Assembly (NCBI GenBank): GCA_947385775.1
Contig: CANDMI010000011.1
Location: 504 to 64,503 of the forward strand
DNA length: 64,000 bases
Direction: 5' to 3'
Source: an uncultured Eubacterium sp.
GTDB lineage: Bacteria; Bacillota; Clostridia; Lachnospirales; Lachnospiraceae
The position numbers were made by a program, and so were the translations under genes. Positions within the stretch are counted from its first letter, which is position 1; the number at the start of each line of letters is the position of its first letter. Below are positions 1 to 7,831 of this stretch, piece by piece. The notes under the pieces are model-generated. The model did not search any database, was not told the origin of the DNA, and saw only the letters and a program-made list of their open reading frames with translations.

Positions 1-323
1 TAATCGCATTTTGCGTGAGGGCGAGTATCAGCACTCAGATGGGAGGTATTGGTTCCGTTATATTGACGAGGACGGAAAATAGAAAAATGTTTACAGTTGG
101 CGTTGGATAAGAATGACCCCATGCCAAAAGGCAAGAAACGGGAGCCTTCATTGAGAGAAAAAGGCCGATAGAAGCAGATTTATTTGACCACATCGTAACC
201 AATGGCGGCAATTACACGGCGCTGGATCTGGTAGAGAAATATATATCCCTGAAAATAGTAGTCCGCCACAACACAGCTGCCGAATATAAGACAGTCATAA
301 ACGTTTTGAAAAAGGAAGCATTT
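1..323 (+). pseudogene. Degenerate N-terminal fragment of a Tn916-like tyrosine integrase (runs off window start)
   Basis: Manual translation gives NRILREGEYQHSDGRYWFRYIDEDGK*KNVYSWR / DKNDPMPKGKKREPSLREK / IEADLFDHIVTNGGNYTALDLVEKYISLKIVVRHNT...VLKKEAF, collinear with the integrase at 3657-4397 but with an in-frame TAG and frameshifts. Confidence 0.85.
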
Positions 324-337
324 GAGAAGAAATACAA

Positions 338-398
338 AACATTTAAGGAGTTATGAAAAAATGATAAAAATCTTATTTATCTGCCACGGCAATATCTG
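338..398 (+). other. Truncated 5' end of the LMW phosphatase gene (MIKILFICHGNI*) forming the left att junction; core TCTGCCACGGCAA at 380-392
   Basis: AACATTTAAGGAG (338-350) and ATGATAAAAAT (361-371) match 4584-4596 and 4608-4618; the 13-bp core is identical to 4627-4639. Confidence 0.85.
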
Positions 399-584
399 AA
401 CTGCATATCTCCAGTGCCTTTAATATGGGCATATCTATTAAGAATATCACGGTTTATACAACCATTTTACAACTTTTGGAACAGAAAATAATATTTGAGG
501 TATTTAAATTAAGAAAGAAGTCCTGATACGGTAGTTACTGGAAATTAAAAATATATATGGCGGCTTTCGTATGTTGCCTAAATA

Positions 585-593
585 TGCTATAAT
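585..593 (+). promoter_or_regulatory. Extended -10 promoter (TGCTATAAT) for the 617-1477 gene
   Basis: TG-n-TATAAT 23 nt upstream of ATG 617, followed by an AAAGAGG RBS. Confidence 0.55.
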
Positions 594-616
594 CGGAAAT
601 AAGAAAGAGGTATTGG

Positions 617-1477
617 ATGAAAGATATAGACATACAATGGCATCCGGGATTTATAGGCGCAATGAATCTGGAGCTAAAGGAAAACCGGGATGATTTGCTG
701 TTTGAAAAAGAACATAACCTGAATACAAGGCCATTGGAAATTGACCTGCTGGTGATTAAGAAGCAGGCGGGTGTTCAAATTAATAATGAAATAGGCAAAA
801 TATTCAGAGGGCATAATATTTTAGAGTACAAATCTCCGCGGGACGATTTGGATATTGACACTTTCTATAAAGCATCTGCTTACGCCAGCCTTTATAAATC
901 TTATGGAAAAACGCTGGATTCGATTAAAGCAGAAGATGTAACCGTATCTTTGGTCAGGAAGGCAAAACCGTATGGATTATTCCGTTATTTTAAGGAACAT
1001 GATTATCTGATAACGAATCCTTACCGTGGGATATATTATATTGAAGGAAAGGTATTATTTCCGACACAGGTTGTTGTGACAAGGGAGCTGAACCCAATAG
1101 AACATATCTGGTTATCTTCATTATCTGACCAGTTGGAAAAACAAAGATTGCTGGAGCTGTTGGAAGAAATAGGAAAATTGCATGGTAAAGCGGATAAAGA
1201 GTTTGCACAGTCTGTTTTGGAAGTAGGATTTGGGGCAAACAAAAAGATTGTAGAAGAAGTGATAGGAGATGAGAGTATGAGTGAAGAATTACTGGAGATT
1301 TTAAAGCCGATCATAGAACCTAGGATGATTTTGGCAGAGCAGCAGGTACGAAAGGAAGATATAGAAGGGACGGTAAATATACTTCGGAACTTTAGGCACA
1401 GTGATAAAGAAATTAAATGTGCGATCATGGAACAGTATCAGCTGTCAGAAGAAGAAGCAGAATCATACATGAAGTGA
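617..1477 (+). CDS. PD-(D/E)XK nuclease-fold protein, Rpn/YadD-like
   Basis: 286 aa ORF with WHPGF...EIDLLVIKK...ILEYKSP...FYKASAYA nuclease-type motifs and a short helical C-terminus. Confidence 0.65.
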   Translation: MKDIDIQWHPGFIGAMNLELKENRDDLLFEKEHNLNTRPLEIDLLVIKKQAGVQINNEIGKIFRGHNILEYKSPRDDLDIDTFYKASAYASLYKSYGKTLDSIKAEDVTVSLVRKAKPYGLFRYFKEHDYLITNPYRGIYYIEGKVLFPTQVVVTRELNPIEHIWLSSLSDQLEKQRLLELLEEIGKLHGKADKEFAQSVLEVGFGANKKIVEEVIGDESMSEELLEILKPIIEPRMILAEQQVRKEDIEGTVNILRNFRHSDKEIKCAIMEQYQLSEEEAESYMK

Positions 1478-1502
1478 ATTTTTAATGGAGAATGTGGAAA
1501 TA

Positions 1503-1566
1503 CTTGAATACAAGTCACCGAGAGATGAACTGGATATTGACACTTTCTATAAGTCATCGGCTTATG
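1503..1566 (+). pseudogene. 21-codon fragment of a paralog of the 617-1477 gene (LEYKSPRDELDIDTFYKSSAY)
   Basis: Aligns without gaps to 821-883; 19 of 21 residues identical, differences mostly synonymous. Confidence 0.8.
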
Positions 1567-1637
1567 TGAGAAAAGAAATAGAGTGATGGAAATATAGTAA
1601 AAAATAACAGGATTAAAAATTAGGTTCGGTTAGATGG

Positions 1638-1676
1638 AAACAGGACGCATTTGTAATACAAAGCGCCCTGTTTTTT
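1638..1676 (+). terminator. Intrinsic terminator
   Basis: AAACAGGACGC...GCGCCCTGTTTTTT imperfect stem with T-tract. Confidence 0.55.
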
Positions 1677-1788
1677 ATAGCGGAAAAAGCAGCAGGAATT
1701 GTTTTCTATTGTTTGCAGGGGTAAAAAGATTTGGATGGCACAGCGTTGAGAGGCGCATGGCTAAAGCGAAAGACTGCCAAAATCTCCC

Positions 1789-2745
1789 CTATCCGATTTT
1801 CCGTATAGCCGCCTTCCTTATCTCTTGTAAAAGCGCACCTGCTTTTCCCTGCAAATTTGCTACAAGCTCTATCTTCGTACTGTAGTCTGCATTTTTTGCA
1901 TCCTGTTCTTTTAATGCACTGTCAATCTTGGCGCTGCGTTCACTGTATGCCTGTTCCAGCTGCCCTTTAAAGTAGCTTTCCACCTTAAATTGAAAAGCGC
2001 CCATCTGCATAAAAATCTGGTTGTGGAGTTCTTTGAGCGCCATTGCACGCTCCTGTGCATATTCCTCCTGCTGGCGGTTCAGTTCGGAGACATCCGGCAC
2101 ATTTTTACTGCCTTTGCCAAAGATAATATTTTTTAAGAGCTTAACAGCCCCCGCAATAACCGGCAATGGGATTGGGACTGGCAGGGGGGGAGGGGATTAA
2201 AACAGGTATTTTCCCAAGTGTATCAATCAGGCTGTCTATCGTGTCCCCTCTGCCTGGGCTGATGTCAGGGACACTTCTGTTTTGTTTTTCCGGTATATCT
2301 GTCAGGGACAAATCCAGCCTTGAACTTTCTGCAAACTGCTGTAACGCCAGGCTACTGCCTTTGGAAAAACCCTCCATGCATTTTAGCGCAAGTTTTTCAA
2401 TCTCCTGCTCTAATTCCTGTTCTGCTGCATCAATGCTTCTATTTACAGAAGCTTTCTGGTAAATGCGCTCCGAGAAACTGTCCACGGCACTGCCAAGCGC
2501 TACCGAAAATTCCCTGCTGGCGCTTTCTTTCTTTTCGTAAAGCTCCTGCTTTAATTTGCTTAACATTTTGGAGTTGCCATCGTCTATTGCAAGCTCCAGG
2601 CTTTTTTGTATCTGTCCACACAGCCACGCCATATTTTCCAGCGGTGTGCACAGCATTTGTATCGAATCTACCGAAGCGAGCTTGTTTGAGATACAATATT
2701 CCAATTCCCGGATGTTGCTGTCAGCGAGCGTATGTTCTGGTTCAT
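1789..2745 (-). pseudogene. C-terminal remnant of a long coiled-coil protein (possibly dynamin/LeoA-like GTPase family), frameshifted at a G7 tract (2184-2190) and 5'-truncated by an IS fragment
   Basis: ORFs 2141-3109 (3' part) and 1789-2166 join into one frame (...LIPSPLPVPIPLPVIAGAVKLL...) if one G is removed; helical heptad-rich sequence; family assignment is only a resemblance. Confidence 0.4.
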
Positions 2746-2749
2746 GCTT

Positions 2750-3243
2750 GCCAAGAGCGGGAATGGCAGCCGGAGGCTTTTTTTCTGCGCCAAAGACCCA
2801 GAAAGCATCCTTTTGGATTTTGGCAGGTGTGAAGATGAAACCATCCGCAGCTATGGGGAAGAAAACAAAAAGTTCCTCCCGATCGCCTGTTACTCGCCGC
2901 GCTGGAACATTGAAGTATCGTACTACGAAAGCAAGACATTTTGGCCGCTTGGGGAATACCGTGTACGGAGCCGGGAGGGCATTGAGCGTCTGGTAAACCT
3001 TGGCTGCATAGCTTACAGTGCCATGACACTGCTCCCATACAGTGATGAATCCTTTTCGTGCTATCAGTCTGCAAGCGCACAGGAAACCAGATCTGGTATC
3101 GGACAGCAAATACAGGCAAGTATAATATTCAGCAGTTTCGTAGAATCACTCGAAACAGTAAAAAAAGCGCAGTCATTTATTAAAATAATAGAAGGCTACG
3201 TTTTATCAGGGTTCAAAAAAATCCAAAAGTTGTAAACTGGTGT
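2750..3243 (+). mobile_element. 3' fragment of an IS transposase (IS701-like DDE family) with probable terminus
   Basis: RRLFF...YSPRWNIEVSYYESKTFW...RSREGIERLVNL matches the R-W-x-I-E signature region of IS4/IS701-type transposases; N-terminal part absent. Confidence 0.7.
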
Positions 3244-3311
3244 AAAAGAAATATATATTAGAATATTGAAACAGGTAACAATGGAGATTTCTTAGGAAGG
3301 AGTAAAGGATT

Positions 3312-3509
3312 ATGAAAAAAGTACCAATCTGGCAGCGGTATACACTGACAATAGAAGAAGCGGCAGCTTATTTCCGAATTGGGGAAAAGAAATTGCGCCA
3401 AATTGTGGCAGAGGATGAAACTGCGGCGTTTGTCCTTATGAATGGGAACCGGATTCAGATTAAACGCCGCTTATTTGAACAGTATATCGATACAGCTACG
3501 GTAGTTTGA
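3312..3509 (+). CDS. xis: Excisionase, Tn916 Xis-like
   Basis: [26 protein letters not shown]...[11 protein letters not shown] winged-helix pattern, directly upstream of the integrase, AGGAG RBS. Confidence 0.9.
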   Translation: MKKVPIWQRYTLTIEEAAAYFRIGEKKLRQIVAEDETAAFVLMNGNRIQIKRRLFEQYIDTATVV

Positions 3510-3656
3510 AAGAGATATTGTTGGTAACATCGGTAAAGGGCAAGGCTTTGGCCTGAAATCATACCGTGACAAGAAGCCCTGTATATGGTAAGATAGATGC
3601 AGCCGTATCAGGGCTCCTTATCCTTTTATAATTTAAAGATAGGAGCAAGTGACCTT

Positions 3657-4397
3657 ATGAGTGAAAAAAGACGCGACAACCGCGGTAGAATCCTGCATAA
3701 CGGAGAAAGCCAGCGTTCAGACGGCCGTTATATGTTTAAGTATGTTGACAGCTGTGGACAGGCAAAATATGTTTACAGCTGGCGTCTGGATAAGAATGAC
3801 CGGACTCCGGCAGGGCGGCAGAGGGATTTGTCTTTGCGCGAGAAAGAAAAACAGATAGAGGCAGACCTATTTGACCAGATTATTCCGCAGGGCGGTGATT
3901 TGACTGTGCTTGACTTGATGCGTAAATATATTTCCCTGAAAACAGGAATCCGGCATAATACAGAGGCGGGATACAACTTTGTTATCCATATTCTTGAGAA
4001 AGAGGATTTTGGAAAGAGAAGGATTGACAAGGTCAGGCTGTCAGACGCAAAAGAATTTCTGATTAAGCTTCAGAAGGATGGCAAAGGCTATAGTGCTGTG
4101 AAAACAGTGAGGGGCGTTTTGCGTCCTGCCTTTCAGATGGCTGCCAATGATGACCTGATCCGGAAAAATCCTTTTGGTTTCCAGCTGGCAACGGTCGTGG
4201 TAAATGACAGTGTGACAAGGAAAGCTATCACGATAAAGCAGGAGCGGGATTTTCTGGAATTTGTAAAACAGGATAAGCATTTTTGCAGATATTACGACGG
4301 AATTTATATCCTGTTTTATACAGGGCTTCGCATATCGGAGTTTGTAGGGCTGACGGTTGCGGATATTGACTTGAAAAAAAGGAAGATGCTTTTGTAA
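3657..4397 (+). pseudogene. int: Tn916-like tyrosine integrase, C-terminally truncated (246 aa)
   Basis: MSEKRRDNRGRIL... arm-binding domain, core-binding domain and box I (YTGLRISE) present; ends at DIDLKKRKMLL* without H-x-x-R or the catalytic Tyr. Confidence 0.85.
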
Positions 4398-4457
4398 GGG
4401 CAAAAGGAAAGAAAAAGACGCTAACCCTTTAAAATAGCGGGTTGTACGGCATCAGGG

Positions 4458-4482
4458 TTTACAACTTATTTTACAACTTTTG
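4458..4482 (+). repeat. Tandem arm-type repeats TTTACAACT x2 (right end); counterpart at 455-478 (left end)
   Basis: TTTACAACT at 4458-4466 and 4470-4478; TATACAACC and TTTACAACT at 455-463 and 466-474. Confidence 0.7.
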
Positions 4483-4607
4483 ATGGCTGGGATATGCAGA
4501 TTGCCGCGCATTTATGCAATCAAAGCAGCAGTCCGAAACTATCCGCCGGATGCCGCAAAACCTTGGAAATACAATAAAAAACCAACATTTAAGGAGATAT
4601 GCAGAGC

Positions 4608-5087
4608 ATGATAAAAATACTTTTCGTCTGCCACGGCAACATTTGCAGAAGCCCCATGGCAGAATTTGTAATGAAAAAGATCGTCCAGGATGCGGGTCTT
4701 GCAGACCAGTTTTATATCGCGTCCGCGGCAACCAGCACAGAAGAGATCTGGAATGGAGTCGGAAATCCCGTATACCCGCCCGCAAAAGAAGAGCTTGCCA
4801 GGCATGGGATTTCCTGTGAGGGGAAACGGGCTGTGCAGCTTCAAAAATCCGATTATGACGCTTACGACTATTTGATCGGCATGGACCACAGGAACATTCG
4901 AAATATGGAAAAAATCACCGGGCGCCACGGTGGAAAGATCAAGCTGCTGCTTTCCTATTGCGGAAGAAACGATCCTGTCCAAGATCCATGGTACACCGGA
5001 GATTTTAAAACCGCATACGAAGATGTGCGGGATGGCTGCGAAGGCTTATTCCAATACCTGCAAAGCAATAAAAAATCAAACGCTTAA
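4608..5087 (+). CDS. Low molecular weight protein-tyrosine phosphatase
   Basis: CHGNICRSPMAE P-loop (CX5R) and DPWY motif; start may be 4599 or 4608. Confidence 0.95.
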   Translation: MIKILFVCHGNICRSPMAEFVMKKIVQDAGLADQFYIASAATSTEEIWNGVGNPVYPPAKEELARHGISCEGKRAVQLQKSDYDAYDYLIGMDHRNIRNMEKITGRHGGKIKLLLSYCGRNDPVQDPWYTGDFKTAYEDVRDGCEGLFQYLQSNKKSNA

Positions 5088-5168
5088 AGACGCAGGGCGC
5101 AATACTGTATAAAACCTGCATCCAAACATATACTTATACATCATATTACCAAACCGGAGGGATACGCA

Positions 5169-5642
5169 ATGAAATACACTACCGAAAATGAATTTGAATC
5201 CTTTGATTTTCAGGAAAGCTATGTAAAGGATATCGAGCCTGGAAATGGATATTTCCATATTTGGCTGGATAATGTAAAAATCCTGCCAGAAAACAGCTGC
5301 AACCGGGATATCCGCACAATGCGCACAAATAACCTTCTGCTTGCCGTTTCGGACACAAAAATCGACTCTGTCGTACTGGAAGGCGTAAAAATATATCACG
5401 CAGACGGAAAGCTTGCAAAAGTCCGCCCGGATGAGGAGATCGCGCCTGAAAAATACGCAAAGCTATGGAAAGCGTTCCTTGGCGGATGCATTTATTCTGT
5501 TTCAAAAGATTCAAAAGAACGGCGCAGCGAAAATGCGTACACATTTATCTTAGACACAAACGAGGATGAAACCTATGAGATCAAACTGACCGGAAGCGTC
5601 GATCGGGAATCCTGGGACTTGTTTTTAAATCTTGGCGAATAA
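5169..5642 (+). CDS. Conserved hypothetical protein
   Basis: 157 aa ORF with GGAGG RBS, typical codon pattern; no recognised catalytic motif. Confidence 0.8.
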   Translation: MKYTTENEFESFDFQESYVKDIEPGNGYFHIWLDNVKILPENSCNRDIRTMRTNNLLLAVSDTKIDSVVLEGVKIYHADGKLAKVRPDEEIAPEKYAKLWKAFLGGCIYSVSKDSKERRSENAYTFILDTNEDETYEIKLTGSVDRESWDLFLNLGE

Positions 5643-5747
5643 TCATCCACAAAGCATCGATCTATAAAAGAAATACAGCCAGCCAAAATCCAATGCGCAA
5701 AAGCACCGGGAATTTTTGCTGGCTGACATATTTCCTTATGCCGTCGT

Positions 5748-6773
5748 TTAACTCAAACGCTCATAAAAAGAAGAAAATTCCTCTTCCCCCGCATTTTTCA
5801 TCGCCAGCTCTAAAAGCCCGCGCTGCTTCTCACAGCCCATGGCTTGCAGGTACTTATTTTCCCACAATTTCGGATAATGCTCCCGGATCATTTTCCCCAG
5901 GCGTTGGAAAATGGGATATGCGCCTGGAAAATTCCTGGATTTCATAAACATAAGTGTTTCATATAAAAAAGCATGTATAAAATAAAGCTCTATCTCGTCT
6001 TTATAATCCAAATAATAATGAGAGCCGGACATTTTTTCAAATAACCGGGTCTGCACCCCGATATGGTCGGTCAGCGTGTTCATTTGGTTCATTTCATGCA
6101 TCATCGTGCCGCTTGTATTGCACCGATAATAATAGAGCTTTTGCTTTAGCGTCGCAAACCGCTCCACCTCAAACATCAACGGATAGGTAAACATCGGCTC
6201 CTCGTAAAATACATGCTCGGCAAATTGGGCTTTTGACGCAATGATAAAATCCCGTTTATAAAATTTATTGGAAAAACCCGTCGTCATGACAAAGCTCGTT
6301 AAAAACCGGGCGCGTTCTTCCACCGTATGTATTTCCACCAACGTCTCTTCTTCGTTTTCCGTATAGGGCCGCAGGTCATGTTCTCCGAAATAACGGTACT
6401 GCTCAAATTGGACGATTTCAGCGTCTGTGCGCTTTGCATAAGCGTACAGCTTTTCATATGCAAATGGCTCTAACCAGTCATCCGCATCCAAAAACGACAG
6501 ATATTCCCCCGACGCATAAGGCATCGCTAAATTTCTCGCCCCGCCCTGCCTTTTGTTAACTGGAGATTTTATCACGATCACACTGTCTGGATACCGCTTT
6601 TCAAACGCAAGCAGCGTATTCCATGTTTCTCCACCGTCATCGGATGCGTCGTCTACAAATATCAGTTCCATTTCCTTCATTCCAATTGTCTGATCCGCCA
6701 ATGACGCGCAGCATTTCCCAAGCCATTTGGCGGCGCAGTAGCATGGTATGATCACGCTGATCTTCTTTCCCAT
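5748..6773 (-). CDS. Glycosyltransferase family 2
   Basis: KISVIIPCY...IFVDDASDD...GGARN...FLDADD GT-A motifs. Confidence 0.92.
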   Translation of the reverse strand: MGKKISVIIPCYCAAKWLGKCCASLADQTIGMKEMELIFVDDASDDGGETWNTLLAFEKRYPDSVIVIKSPVNKRQGGARNLAMPYASGEYLSFLDADDWLEPFAYEKLYAYAKRTDAEIVQFEQYRYFGEHDLRPYTENEEETLVEIHTVEERARFLTSFVMTTGFSNKFYKRDFIIASKAQFAEHVFYEEPMFTYPLMFEVERFATLKQKLYYYRCNTSGTMMHEMNQMNTLTDHIGVQTRLFEKMSGSHYYLDYKDEIELYFIHAFLYETLMFMKSRNFPGAYPIFQRLGKMIREHYPKLWENKYLQAMGCEKQRGLLELAMKNAGEEEFSSFYERLS

Positions 6774-6903
6774 ATCATAAGCCGCTCCTTGCACTGTTTT
6801 TTCGTTTCTTTTCATTTATTATACACAAAAGCGCCTCTGGGTTCAAGCCGCCTGCTCTAAAACTTCAAATCCCGCGAAATTTTTTCCGCCATTCACCGCC
6901 GAT

Positions 6904-7515
6904 TTATCCCTTAACTTCAGACACAGGCTTTATGTATTTTTTAATAAACCCTTTTTCTTGAAAGTCTTTCCCCAGCTTTACGTTCACGACGCACTTTCTC
7001 TTCGCGCCGGACGATAATGTAATCTTGATCCACTCCACCGTATCATACTTCCCGCTGTATTTTTCCGTATCCGCCGGAATAAATAACGGTATGATCTTCT
7101 TATTTTTCTGATTCCATGAAATATTTGGCGTTTCAAGAATGTTTGTTCTGTCCGAAAATACGACCTGCATCCGCACCGGTTCGGGAACTCCTGTAACCTG
7201 ATTATATTCCAGTTGGTTTAGATACAGCGTATCATAGCTTTTTTTATCGCCCTTAAACTTGATCTTAGCGCTTATTTCATTTACGAAGAACGCTCCACCC
7301 TGCGGCTCCTCAAGACAAAAATCGACCGCTATGATCAGCACAAAGCCAAATCTTTCTTTTCCATCCATAAACCTTTTAAAACGACGTAATTTAAAAGTGT
7401 CCTTAAGCCTTGCCGTCAATACATACTTCGGGCGTTTTAAAGTCTGGATCAAAGATGGAATCCACGCCAACGCCGCAAGCAGGCTTAAAACCAGAGATAC
7501 ATATTCACTTTTCAT
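6904..7515 (-). CDS. Hypothetical protein with N-terminal transmembrane anchor
   Basis: MKSEYVSLVLSLLAALAWIPSLI hydrophobic segment, GGGAAGTGAG/AAGGG upstream; no recognised motif. Confidence 0.7.
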   Translation of the reverse strand: MKSEYVSLVLSLLAALAWIPSLIQTLKRPKYVLTARLKDTFKLRRFKRFMDGKERFGFVLIIAVDFCLEEPQGGAFFVNEISAKIKFKGDKKSYDTLYLNQLEYNQVTGVPEPVRMQVVFSDRTNILETPNISWNQKNKKIIPLFIPADTEKYSGKYDTVEWIKITLSSGAKRKCVVNVKLGKDFQEKGFIKKYIKPVSEVKG

Positions 7516-7670
7516 GCCCTTTTTCTCACTCCCTTCCCTGTTCGAAAAAATAATATCTAAAACCATTTGTAAGTAAGTCTACCATACTTTTTGTATCCTT
7601 ACAATAGTAATATGAAAAATCTACATCATTTTTCGCATTGCGATTGAACAAAGGCGGCTTTCCTAACACA

Positions 7671-7748
7671 ATCGAGTAAGGCTTCCTCCACTCGCCGCGC
7701 GACCCTCATGCTGCGCAGCAACAAACTTTCATATGCACCTTTGCGCAT
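7671..7748 (-). mobile_element. 78-nt miniature group IIC intron-like remnant (copy A)
   Basis: Minus strand begins ATGCGCA one base after the terminator T-tract and ends CCTTACTCGAT followed by T. Confidence 0.6.
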
Positions 7749-7749
7749 C

Positions 7750-7777
7750 AAAAAAGGAGCCATAAGGCTCCTTTTTT
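7750..7777 (-). terminator. Bidirectional intrinsic terminator downstream of the recombinase
   Basis: AAAAAAGGAGCC-ATAA-GGCTCCTTTTTT perfect inverted repeat. Confidence 0.85.
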
Positions 7778-7831
7778 CACTTTATAAAAATTTATCCGCT
7801 TTCATAGTTGTATCACAAACCCAAACATTTT

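Larger units (their letters stand above)
380..4639 (+). mobile_element. Decayed Tn916-like integrative element (~4.26 kb) bounded by 13-bp direct repeats
   Basis: Direct repeat at 380-392 and 4627-4639; xis and truncated int next to the right end; shared 15-bp arm-type repeat ATTTTACAACTTTTG at 464-478 and 4468-4482; AT-richer than downstream DNA. Confidence 0.8.

Noticed and set aside
2141-3109. 322-aa minus-strand ORF as one real protein
   Set aside because: Its first ~120 codons are the antisense of the IS transposase fragment; it is a chance fusion across the insertion junction.
3597-3656. Upstream start for the integrase
   Set aside because: The AGGAG RBS and the family-typical MSEKRRD start point to ATG 3657.
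5680-5725. ATGCGCA at about 5693 as another intron-like copy
   Set aside because: It lies inside the loop of the hairpin rather than after a T-tract, and no CTCGAT end follows.
7620-7750. Possible c-di-GMP or other riboswitch upstream of the 6904-7515 gene
   Set aside because: No GGCAAA/GAAA/GACGCAAAG pattern; terminator adjacency and the TACTCGAT end fit an intron-like remnant better.
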